DNA of 64,000 nucleotides from Eledone cirrhosa (Eukaryota): NCBI GenBank assembly GCA_964016885.1, contig OZ024741.1, positions 203,794,001 to 203,858,000 of the forward strand, read 5' to 3'. Shown piece by piece: positions 39,753 to 54,574 of this stretch (position 1 is its first letter; each line of letters starts with the position of its first letter). The notes under the pieces were generated by a model. It saw only the letters and a program-made list of their open reading frames with translations, ran no database searches and was not told where the DNA came from. The position numbers and the translations under genes were made by a program.

Positions 39753-40962
39753 GAGTTGACGGACCCAGCATTTTTATCAATGCCAGGACCGGTTGTATCT
39801 CAGCGTACTCAATAGATAATGTAGGATACATTCCCAGAATATACACAGTTATTCGCTTCAATACAACACACGTGAACGGGTGCCTATACTAGTTTCCGGA
39901 TTCTAGTTTCGGTCACACTTAATGCAGCAGTAGGGTGCACTGCACCCTCTGTCTGCATATATTATGCAACAATGCATAATCGGCGTATGGGGCTTCATCA
40001 GCGGGTATCGACTAATCAATAACCAATAGATCGACAGAATCCAAACCCCAGCCCATGCCGGCTATGACTGCTTGTGACTGCCGACACAGTAAAGTGATTA
40101 GCAACTGGAATCTGATACAACTCTGTCCACCGACCAGCCACCGATTTACAAACTTTACGTGGTGGCGGGAGATTAGAAAACAAATATTTTCGTTCCCGTC
40201 ATAAAGACTCATCCAACGTGTCTCAAACAAAAATTAATAAGATAGTGAAAAGTTGGTTATTAGAAAGAGCAGTGCCACATCGATGTATAATAGAATGGTA
40301 GCATTCGGCTCAGGTCTCTAAGTCCCATGGCTAGAGGAAAGCGATAATTAACAATGGTAGCGCCAAGAACCTTTAACGGACATTAAATTCTAGTATCTAT
40401 TATACAGCGATATAGAGTAGCGAGCTGGATTGCGGCAGCCACGTGTGTAAAACCAGTTTATTTCATAACTTAAAGAGTGAGAGATGAAATTAATAGCAGG
40501 AATTAGAGAGCATATAAAAAAAAACACAATAAAAAAGTGAAAAATTGTTTAACTTACTCTCATTAGTCTGCTAGTTTGGAGATAATAATAATAATGAGTT
40601 GACGGACCCAGCATATTTATCAATGCCAGGACCGCTTGTATCTCAGCGTACTCAATAGGTAGTGTAGGATACATTCCCAGAGTATACACAGTTATTCGCT
40701 TCAATACAACACACGTAAAACGGGTGCCTATAGTAGTTCCTGGAGTCGAGTTTTGGCCACACTTAATGCAGTAGTAGGGTGCACTGCACCCTCTGTCTGC
40801 ATATATTATGCAACAATGCATAATCGGCGCATGCGGCTTCATCAGCGGGTATCGTCTAATCAATAACCAATCGATCGACAGAATCCAAACCCCAGCCCAT
40901 GCCGTCTATGACTGTTTGTGACGGCCGACACAGTAAAGTGATTAGCAACTGGAATCTGATAC
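39753..40962. repeat. Direct repeat pair (~350 bp; 39753-40105 and 40595-40962), LTR-like
   Basis: Both copies run gagttgacggacccagcat...caactggaatctgataca. The second has TG...CA ends. The spacer is about 490 bp. Confidence 0.75.
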
Positions 40963-41111
40963 AATTTTGATAGGTTTCGGCCAGTAATGGCCCAGGCTAT
41001 GTCTAACTTAACAGCACCACCTGGCGGAGTCTTTCAAATCAGGATTTGGACACCATGGCCCACTCAAGTAGACAGTTATTGTTTTGGAGACATATCCATC
41101 CGAGTGTAGGA

Positions 41112-41139
<28 letters not shown>

Positions 41140-41149
<10 letters not shown>

Positions 41150-41532
41150 TAAACGGAATAGAAAATGCTGACAAATTGTTCACAGTTGAAAAATGGTTTA
41201 ATTAGGAATAAAAGAGTATTAGTGATTGTATGGGTTAGTATTCAGTTGTGGTTTTAAGTTTTTAAGTTTTTACCGGTTGCGCATTTCTAAATGCTTTTCA
41301 AAAATAATTTTGAGATAGAGTGTCCGTGCTGTTTGCTCTGATCTGAGCAAACAGCACGGACACTCTATCTCAAAATTATTTTTGAAAAGCATTTAGAAAT
41401 GCGCAACCGGTAAAAACTTAAAAACTTAAAACCACAACTGAATACAATCACTAATACTCTTTTGTTCCTAATTAAACCATTTTTCAACTGTGAACAATTT
41501 GTCAGCATTTTCTATTCCGTTTACCAATATAT
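41140..41532. repeat. Near-perfect ~190 bp-arm palindrome
   Basis: Centre gtgctgtttgctc-tgatct-gagcaaacagcac at about 41340. The arms are identical except a ~9 nt indel and one substitution. Confidence 0.92.
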
Positions 41533-41557
41533 AATAACTTGTGTGTTACACCTCTAT

Positions 41558-41590
<33 letters not shown>

Positions 41591-41624
41591 GATGTGCGCG
41601 TGTGTGTGTGTGTGTTTATTTATA

Positions 41625-43384
41625 TGTAGATTAACCAGCGTCCTGTTTAAAACATTCTTCTTCTCAATTTTGAACTCCCTTCTCTCTGGCCATGTCTTTC
41701 GTATCCAATGGTCATATTTTTCCCGACTGTCCCAAAGACACAAAAAGCAAGGTTATAACCATCCTGTAAAGCAAAAAGCAATCCAATGACTTTCAAGTCC
41801 CCACATATAGTTCAGTTGGGCTCCTCATACCGCATCTTTACAAACACTATATTCCTGTAGTCGTAGTTCTCTTTTAGCATTATAGAATGTTCAATCGGTA
41901 TAGAAGCAAACACATTGTCATTATGCAGCAGGATATCCTTAAGACTAGCTTTTGAGCTGTCTATGAAATGTTATGCAACAGTCTTCTTGATTGTATTTGC
42001 ATTTCATGGCAGCCATGAAGCCTTTAACATCATTGCAATAAACAAGATAATCATCCATGCTAAAGGATGGAAGCAAATTATTCTCTCGATGCCTATAAAA
42101 CGCGAACCTGATTCCCGGTGCAAGCAGGTTTTTTACTTTTAAACATGACCCAAGCAGTTGGACAGCTTTTATTTGATAAATCTAGATCATAAACTAGATC
42201 CTTTAACTCTGTCTGAGTAAAAGGTTTGGAAGAGCCTCCCCTCCCTCATAGTTCTCGTCTTCCAGCTTACTATACTCCATCTCCTCATTCTTATCATCAC
42301 TATCATCAACAAATGATATGAACTCTGGTGGCAACAAATCATCCGAGTGTGGTACATCACGAATAGCGGGTGGCAGATTTAGATAAACGATGTGACAGTC
42401 TTAGAACTGAAGCCAGATATATCAATCATGCAAAAGAAGCAGTCGACATGATGATTTTGTGATTACCTCCATACCATGGGAATGCCAAAGCTTAGGTGAT
42501 TTCTTTAGCCCTTTGTCCATTGTCACGATGTGTCAACACATATTTTACACATATAAGGTGTCCAGATTGTGTCTTGATTACCCAGTTTCATGCCAAAATA
42601 AATAAGATAAGCCTTCATCACAAAATCTGTGCAACATCTGCAAATATAGCAGAATACATCAGGATTGATTTTGCATTTCTTCTTTCACAACTGGCCATAT
42701 TTCTGAAATACAAAACATATATTCAAGCCAGTTGTCACATGGGAAAGTCATTCTCAGAATTGTCAACAGTTATGAAGTAAGATAAATGCAGATTTGTGTG
42801 TGTTGGCAAAGTTCCATAAAGAGCAGATATACTATGAAGTTATTTCTACAGTGCTTTGGCCACACTTGACAAAAGGTTACATTGTTCCATGTGACCTCAC
42901 TATTATAACATTAAAAGTGCATTTAAAATACAAATTTTTATAAGAAATAGTTAAATGTTCAACAAAACATGTCTCACCTGGTTTGCAATGATAGTCGCAC
43001 TAAATAAAATACATCGTGGGTATGTCTGGAAACAAATACTGCAAATTCCACAAATATGAGGCATGTATGATGTCAAGGACCACACAAATGTGTTGTTTAT
43101 TAACATCTAATTGTATAAAAGACATTTTCGTCATCATCATGACATTTAAAAGTGGTTAGATTGAAAATAGTAAAAGTTGCTTAACTTTGATGCTTTTTAT
43201 TTACTGAAGATACTTAAATCATGACTTTTGTTTTTAATTTTGTAGTTGCATTTATCTTAAATGACATTGAAAAACTACAAGGTAGCTAGAAGAAAACTCC
43301 CTATTTAAAATTGTTAAATATTGGTCAATATTCATGAAACATGTTATATTTTAAACAGTATAATGATATAAGCACAGTACAGTG
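41625..43384 (-). mobile_element. Degenerate Chapaev3-like (CMC) DNA transposon
   Basis: Minus-strand motifs MVWR*SQNHHVDCFFC, LDLSNK..QLLGS, FIDSSKASLKDILLHNDNVFASIPIEHSIMLKENY, CGDLK and CFLCLWDSREK. The minus-strand 5' terminus begins CAC. The family name is from recall. Confidence 0.65.
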
Positions 43385-43399
43385 TTAAACTTCTACTTA

Positions 43400-43745
43400 A
43401 GCACCAGCGTTGTCCACCATTGTTTGTAATCGTCTGGGTATGTCCTCCACCGACTTCATCAGGTGGTATTTTACTCAGTACATGACGAGTGCGTTCCTCC
43501 AATTGTCACAAGTTTTGGTTTTGAGCTATAAACTTCTTCCTTCAACCATCCCCACAGGAACAAATCGCATGGCGTTGAGCCAGGGCTTCTTACTGGCCAT
43601 TTATGTGGACCTCAACGACCCAGCCAACGTCCTGAAAATTCAACATCAAGCCGCTCACGAACGGTGTATCGTATGAGGAGTAGTCCCATCTTGCACGAAT
43701 ATGAGGTCATTGATGTCCCAAGTAGTCACAGTAGGCCAAACGTTA
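43400..43745 (-). mobile_element. Tc1/mariner transposase C-terminal remnant
   Basis: LIFVQDGTTPH (cf. FQQDGAPPH) followed by a degenerate DxFLWG..K..Y..KP region. Confidence 0.55.
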
Positions 43746-44533
43746 TAAGTAATTTTAATAGGGTGTTTCTTTCCAGCAATCCTGTATGTTTTCAAAGTTA
43801 TATCAAGCTCCATACATGGGTCTGCATTTAATGAAACCAAATCTACCCTTAGATATTGTGAAAATACTGAAAATGTTGAAAAATGGACATTTGAGTTTGT
43901 GAAAAGTATTGACAGTAGAAGAAAATGGATCTCATTTTTTAAATCATCACCTCAAAATTACAAGGAAACATGTCTCCAAAACCAGACAGCAAAACCCATG
44001 TTCCATAGTATTATTTAATCGTGTATTTATTAGTATATTTATTATTTATTTATGGGCAAAATTAACAATAAGCTATATATTTGAAAATAGCAAACAATTT
44101 GGTCTCTGGACATCAGCGATTGTCTATTGTTAATTTTGACCACAAGAGGAGTTCAACTAATTCCTTTAAACTAAAATACTTGTCAAACCACACTACGTCT
44201 TTGCGACTGTTTACATCTATGTAGAATTCAGAGCCAATTGTTTGCTTCCCGCTATTGTAGTGTTGATGATGACATGCGTGTCATCATTGTTGGAAACTGA
44301 CAAGCCAACATTGTACTAGAAGAAATATTTTCGGGTGAAATCCTAAAAATTTCTGTAATACTAGAGAATTTCAATATTAAAATTTCAGTAATTTTAAAGT
44401 AATTTGTTTTAGAAATATATTCCCAAAAGCAATATAATCTAGTCTACTGAGTATGAAGCATATACATTCTCCTTCATTAACAATTTTATAAATTCTAATT
44501 CAGTTTTATATATATTTATTTATTTACATACAG

Positions 44534-45603
44534 CACTACCTATGAATGTGATCAATAACATACCAGCTGATATGGCTATTGCTTCACAAGATATACCAGC
44601 ATCTGTCCTCAGTAAAAGGTCAATTCCTGCAGATATGGCTGTAGCTTCACAAGATATACCAGCATCTGTCCTCAGTAAAAGGTCAATTCCTGCAGATATG
44701 GCTGTAGCTTCACAAGAAATACCAGCATCTGTCCTCAGTAAAAGGTCAATTCCTGCAGATATGGCTGTAGCTTCACAAGATATACCAGCATCTGTCCTCA
44801 GTAAAAGGTCAATTCCTGCAGATATGGCTGTAGCTTCACAAGAAATACCAGCATCTGTCCTCAGTAAAAGGTCAATTCCTGCAGATATGGCTGTAGCTTC
44901 ACAAGATATACCAGCATCTGTCCTCAGTAAAAGGTCAATTCCTGCAGATATGGCTGTAGCTTCACAAGATATACCAGCATCTGTCCTCAGTAAAAGGTCA
45001 ATTCCTGCAGATATGGCTGTAGCTTCACAAGAAATACCAGCATCTGTCCTCAGTAAAAGGTCAATTCCTGCAGATATGGCTGTAGCTTCACAAGATATAC
45101 CAGCATCTGTCCTCAGTAAAAGGTCAATTCCTGCAGATATGGCTGTAGCTTCACAAGAAATACCAGCATCTGTCCTCAGTAAAAGGTCAATTCCTGCAGA
45201 TATGGCTGTTGCTTCACAAGATATACCAGCATCTGTCCTCAGTAAAAGGTCAATTCCTGCAGATATGGCTGTAGCTTCACAAGATATACCAGCATCGGTC
45301 CTCAGTAAAAGGTCAATTCCTGCAGATATGGCTGTAGCTTCACAAGATATACCAGCATCTGTCCTCAGTAAAAGGTCAATTCCTGCAGATATGGCTGTAG
45401 CTTCACAAGAAATACCAGCATCTGTCCTCAGTAAAAGGTCAATTCCTGCAGATATGGCTATTGCTTCACAAGATATACCAGCATCTGTCCTCAGTAAAAG
45501 GTCAATTCCTGCAGATATGGCTGTAGCTTCACAAGATATACCAGCATCTGTCCTCAGTAAAAGGTCAATTCCTGCAGATATAATCATAAAAAAAAACCCA
45601 TGA
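44534..45603 (+). CDS. Main exon of secreted multi-copy peptide precursor (16 KR-delimited 21-aa repeats)
   Basis: CTAAT branch at 44495 and ttacatacAG acceptor at 44532-33. Uninterrupted frame LPMNVINN-(IPADMA[V/I]ASQ[D/E]IPASVLSKRS)x16-IPADIIIKKNP*. The spliced protein is 371 aa. Confidence 0.9.
44560..45581 (+). repeat. Coding minisatellite, 63 bp x ~16.2
   Basis: Unit tcaattcctgcagatatggctgtagcttcacaagatataccagcatctgtcctcagtaaaagg, with only a few variable positions. Confidence 0.98.
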
Positions 45604-45845
45604 GATTCTGTGATTGATATTCGTGCAACTTTCAACAGCATTGGTGGTATAAATGAAACAGAACTGTTCTGATGAAGACTAGGTCTCTATTTATCAGCAG
45701 GTTTTCTTAGATATACACAAAATAGCTGCTCCCATCAAATGAAATAAATTATCAACAATGTAATATTAAAAATGGATTTTAAGTCATAGAGTCCTGGTTG
45801 TATTTCAAGAAATATTCCTTGACATAATTGTTTTATAACTCGTTC

Positions 45846-45851
45846 AATAAA
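45846..45851 (+). terminator. Polyadenylation signal of the precursor gene
   Basis: AATAAA followed about 25-40 nt later by a U/GU-rich element (ttttctgttgtgttggg). A weaker AATAAA lies at about 45743. Confidence 0.7.
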
Positions 45852-46292
45852 ATATTAACTTCTTTAATTCACATTTTCTGTTGTGTTGGGTATTATATTT
45901 GTCTGTTTTATGTAATTAAATAATATTAAGATGGTGTATGTATTATGTTGAGATTCACATATAATTAGGCTTATATCTCTAAATCAACTTTGCATTATTA
46001 CAAATGGTGTCTTTCAAATAAATACACGTAATACTGTAAACTTGAATCAATAAACAATTCAGCCATCTATGGGCCCTTGACTCCTGATGGAGTCCTAGGA
46101 ATTCCACTGTGGATATGGCATCTTTAACCCATGCATTTTAAACGTGTCGGAGCCCATCCGTCTTCAGATCGCAACAAAACCTGTTTCTTTTAGGTAAAAG
46201 GGGAGGGAGAAAGAGAGAGAGGAAGAATCAACCCAAGAATTGGTACTTTATTCATCGATCTCAAAGGATGAAAGGAAATGTTGTCTGGTGGG

Positions 46293-47692
<1,400 letters not shown>

Positions 47693-48469
47693 CTATATAT
47701 ACATATATATTATTGAGTAAAATGGCAGGAGGCCGGACTGGTGAAATTCTTTCAAAGATTTAGTTCAGCAAATACTATGTACATTTCAGTGGCCAGGTTA
47801 CGTAAGGTCCTGGTGACATCATCAGGTATATGTTGCATAATAGTTATATAATAAAGGAATAATGGTAAACACAACCCAAGAGGCTATAAGGAAAGAGAGC
47901 AGAGAAAAAAGGAGAGAAAAATGTTTTTGACTCGAAGGTGATCAAGAGGGTCAGTTGTCAGTTTGGCTGACCGCCTTCGAGTGAGAATTCTCATCAATTT
48001 TGTCGTACCCGTTTGGTCAGGGGGTTGTATGCTTAGTATACTTATTACTACAACCCTGCCATTCACTGCTATTTGGACACATGCTAGTGTTAAAGAGATC
48101 AGATTACAGAGAAATATGTTCAATTGGGGTCAAGCCTAAAATTATATAAAAATAAAATGGACGGGGGTGAAGTTGAGAATTCAGAACTTAGAACTTAAAA
48201 AGTTTTAAGGTTAAAATTAAAATTAAGATTAAAGATTTAAAAAGTAAAAATTAAAATTTAAAATTTAAAGATTTAATTGAAGAATTAGGAGAAGGATGCA
48301 TTTATATAAAAATGAAGAGAAATATAAATAAATAAATAAATATATACAAGCACAATAACAACAAACACATATAACACACACTAATAAACAAAGATAGAAT
48401 ACAAAAATCAAAACACATACACCCAAACGCGAACACACACACGCAAACGCATGCGCAGAAACGGAGACA

Positions 48470-48520
<51 letters not shown>

Positions 48521-50317
48521 ATAGATAAAATAAAAATGGCGTAGACATTACAATACAATACAATAGAGGGTAACATGATAATAGTACCACTGATGATGTT
48601 GCAGATGTGCAACGAAAGAACTTTGTTATAAAAAATATATATATTTATATCTGTATTTTTGACCGTTGGTCAGTCAGTGATAAACATTGATGGCCAAATG
48701 AATTAACTATGGAGATATAAAAGATGCAGAAGCGAAAAAGAAAACCAACCAAACAGTGAGTGTGTTCTGTTATTATTTCTGGCAATTTTATTACAACAGT
48801 ATGACCCTCTCCAAGTATAACAATATTTGTTTCGACACACGATTTCATATAAAAAAAAACCTCGCAAAACGAATATATCTTTGATAGTCATAAGGTCTAG
48901 TTCCATCACTGTGTGTTTGTGGTGTAGATAAACAAGTGTGGCTTGTCTTTCGTTAGCTACTGAGATAATGGCTTCACAGTCACCGTAGGTTCATAAACCC
49001 ACGAACCCTTCCGAGTAAAATCTCATATCGAGAATAGGAAAATTTTTATTATTTCCAAGCACTCCAGGAAACGTTTACAGGCTCATGCTCCGCACGACCA
49101 GAAGAGTCAATATGCCAGACAGTTATTAATTACAAATAAGGCGGTGGATTGGCAGTAGCGGTAGAGGGTCGGACGCCATGCTTTGCAACAAAGAGTTACG
49201 GCCCTTTATGGTCTGAGTTCAAATCCCGCCGAGGTTAACTTTGCCTTTCATCCTTACGGGGTCGATAAAATAAAGTACCAGTAATGTACTGGGTATTTGC
49301 TGGCCTTGTGCCAAAAGTAGAAACAATTAATTACAAATACTAGTTATGTTAATGATCCTTATGATAGAACTGTGTAAAGCTGAAACGTAATAAACAAAAT
49401 AAAACTAAATTAAAGTAGACTAGCAGAAAAACCACCCTTCGCGTGGTTTTCTGCTAGCATGTGTAGTGTGTATATTGATATTATACGCAGGTATATATAC
49501 ATGTAGATATGATACATCAAATAAAATCGTAATTGACAATATATAATACATAGAAATTGAGCGAAGACTGTGTTACACTGTCTTATTTAATCAGTAACGT
49601 AATCCATGATACATTAAAAAAAGACGATATTATATATAAACTGCATTAGGAGAAAATTAGTAACAGAAAATTAGTATGTTTATTTAAGCTATGGCCAACC
49701 GGAAGTATTGACATTTCAGAAATTTTAAAGAAGTGAATCTTTAAATAAACAAAATATATTTAATCAAGAGCCACGAAATTTAGTAGATAAATTATGCAAT
49801 ATTCATTCATTATTTATTCAACTTATTTTACTGATGGGATAAAAAATTATAAACCGTACGCAATCACGCGCTCCTTACTGTATTATAGTTTAGATTAGAC
49901 CACTATTTAGCTTTGGGTTCTTTGCGTTGCTCAATATTATATTCCTAGGCAGTGTGAAATAGAGTTAATCCAAAAAGGTGGTAAGGATCCAAATAGTACT
50001 TTTTATTTTCACCTGGGAGTGGAAGGCCTCCAGTTGTTGTTACAACACCTTTCTAGGAGAGGGAAACTCTCAAAAAAGAATCTGCGGCTTCGGAACCATC
50101 CGATGGTGTTGACTAGATCTCCTTTTCGGGTAGTGTTTTCGGTGCTCAGAGAGTGTGATTGGTCGAGTGCAAGACCTTTTCCCACTTAAAAAACCTTCAA
50201 AGCACAGGCATTGCTTGTTCAGGATATATTACAAGCTTGTGTGGCTGGCGGTAGCCTAAAAGTGCACCAAACTCTATAATCTGCCAAGCGATTGCAATAC
50301 TCTTAGCAGAGTTTGCA

Positions 50318-50369
<52 letters not shown>

Positions 50370-50657
50370 GTACATACATATATGTATACAGATGTACAGT
50401 ACTATGTATATATATATACATACATGCACACATATATAAATATACATACATGCACACATATATATATGCACGTATGGATTCACCATATAATAAATGTTCG
50501 GTGAATCCATACGTGCATATATATATGGGTGCATGTATGTATGTATATATACATACTACTGTACGTCTGTATACATATATATATGTACGTATACATACTT
50601 ATATTTAAGTAACAGCCGTACTAAGAGTGGGAAATGAAATTTCGTTTTATTTATTCC

Positions 50658-50701
<44 letters not shown>

Positions 50702-50841
50702 AAAATCTAAGCAAAGCGTCTCCGCCTTCCCCTTCCTTATCATAGCCCTGGTATTACTACCACACCTATCTCCTGTCCCTCCCTCTTCTTCTTCATCGTC
50801 TTCTTCTTCGTCTTATTATCTCCCTCCTCCACCCCTTCTTC

Positions 50842-52507
<1,666 letters not shown>

Positions 52508-52959
52508 AAACGAAGAAGTTATAAGTTTTTAATATATAGATATGTAAACATGCCAGAAAATACGAATTTCCTTGTGAATGGAAAATATGCTAAATACCTT
52601 TAATCGATTTTTGATAGGGTCTTCATCAGAAGGTGTATATATCATCTGGACAACCACAAGGAAACACGAATTTGAGGGGCTTATATACTTATATACCCAT
52701 TTGGTCATAGTAGTATTCTGAAATGAACGTACTAATTTGCGTATAATTAGTGTTCGTGTTAGTAGTTAATTGAGTTATATATTAAGAAGTGTGCCAAGCA
52801 GCCGAACTGTACAAGAACGTTATATCTTCTTCTTCTTCTTCTTCTTCTTCTTCTTGGGAGGGTCGAAAGGGCTTTTACAACTACCCTTATTTTCATTACC
52901 AATTGCTGAAGCGGTTGCATTACTACACCAGCCCTGTAATTTCTGCTCTTAATTCAGCC

Positions 52960-53560
52960 TCCTGCCTTCCATCACACGAACTCTTTAATTGCTCTTGTTA
53001 CCTCAACTTCAGCGAGATTAGTCATCGCTCCCAGATGCACCTCATGTACATCAGAAGATGCTGTTGTGATTGTGTTTAGGAGATCAGCAAATTATTCTCT
53101 CTACCTCGCGAGGATACACCTCTCTGAGGAAAGGAGATACCCAGACACATTCCTGATAGCAGGTGTGAAGGAAGATTTCTTATTACAAAGCGGTAGGATG
53201 GTCTACCAAACCACCTCATTTGCCCATCTGTCAGATTCCAGCTTAACCCCAACGTTCTACCATATCTTAACTGAGACTTTCTACGGCTACTTGTACCACA
53301 AGTGCAAGAAGGAGGACTTATTTCTAAGCCAAGTCTTGTTAGCCTCCTTCTTTGTTCGAATGTCATCTTTGACCTCTTGATTGAACCCAGCACCACCCAA
53401 GCATCTTTCGCCTACAGCATTTAACAACTGAAGCAGAAACTGCCAATTTAAACAATCGCCACTCAATTTCAACGTCCTCAGTTTGCTCAGAAAGTTCTCT
53501 GAATTTGGATTCAATAGTATCCGCATAACTGATCCTGACTTCCTTATCCCCCAACATTCA
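52960..53560 (-). mobile_element. RTE-clade LINE fragment
   Basis: TEDVEIEWRLFKLAVSASVVKCC..; homologous to 14760-15360. Confidence 0.75.
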
Positions 53561-53564
53561 CATA

Positions 53565-54400
53565 CTGATTGCATGGATATTAAACCTCTTCCTCTCTGTT
53601 AATGTTTTATGTAGAAGCGGTCTATGTAACTTGATATCGAAATCTCCGGTGCCAGTTAGAACTTTTGGGATTTTAACATCAATACCTTGGATCTCTTCTA
53701 GCGTCCAGTCAAGTATTCCAAGTGCTGGTAATAGTACAGATACAGCAAACAAATTACGACTCATTGATTTATTGTGCGCAGAAAGTTGCAAAAACCCTAT
53801 CATTTAATCCGGTTGTTATATTCCCTTGTTATAAATTCCATCATAGGATATATTTTCATCAATCCCTAAGTATCTGTAACAGTCCTCATCAAATAGCTGT
53901 AAAACAGCCAGACCATTGATAGAGATGTTGTTACATTGCCTTTTAGGTTTTCTTCGCTTTACAATCATATAGGAACATTTATCTTGGCCAATATCTTTCG
54001 AAAATGTCGTAACCACCTCAAAGTTTTTCTTCATACCATTTATATTCTTGGCATACACTTTCAGATTGTCCAAAAAGAAGCTATGCGTTGGATGAGTGTC
54101 TCTGGCCTCTCTTTCCTCAGCATAAAAGTCGAGAGGGTTTACTGACAGTATAAATAGCATCACATAGAGGCTGTCTCTTTAAGACACACCCTTGCGACAC
54201 TCAATGTTATCAGTAACAATATAAACCCCCTTCTATGTATTTAACTTCAGGATAGGGGCCAAGGAAAAAGATTATCTACTGCTCTGTTTATGATATCTGG
54301 GATTTTAACAAGTCGAAGGGTCTCTAACATCCAAAGGTGGGGAACAGCATAGAATGCTCTCCTGTAATTTCACCAGGCTGTAACCAAGTACTTACTGTCG
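53565..54400 (-). mobile_element. Degenerate R4/Dong-like RT fragment
   Basis: LFILSVNPL, HSFFLDNLKVYAKN, CYRYLGIDEN, WTLEEIQGIDVK. Confidence 0.7.
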
Positions 54401-54574
54401 CAGCACCACTAACATTGCGATTTTGTTAAACAGGAGAATTTTTACAAGTCATTTGCTATTATCACACATTTTACAGGAAACAAATAACACATTGGCTCGT
54501 CCAGTGCCGTTTTTAAATTTTTCTCATGTCAGCTGTGGGTAACTAACAAATAAATCGTCATCATCATCATCATA

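Noticed and set aside
44560-45581. CRISPR-like or non-coding satellite interpretation of the 63-bp array
   Set aside because: No unique spacers, eukaryotic context, and the unit length is a multiple of 3 in frame with a spliced signal peptide.
44520-45641. 373-aa antisense ORF (ISAGIDLLLRTDAGISCEATA repeats)
   Set aside because: Shadow of the stop-free 63-bp repeat. It begins at a non-ATG start, and the splice sites, signal exon and poly(A) signal all support the + strand.
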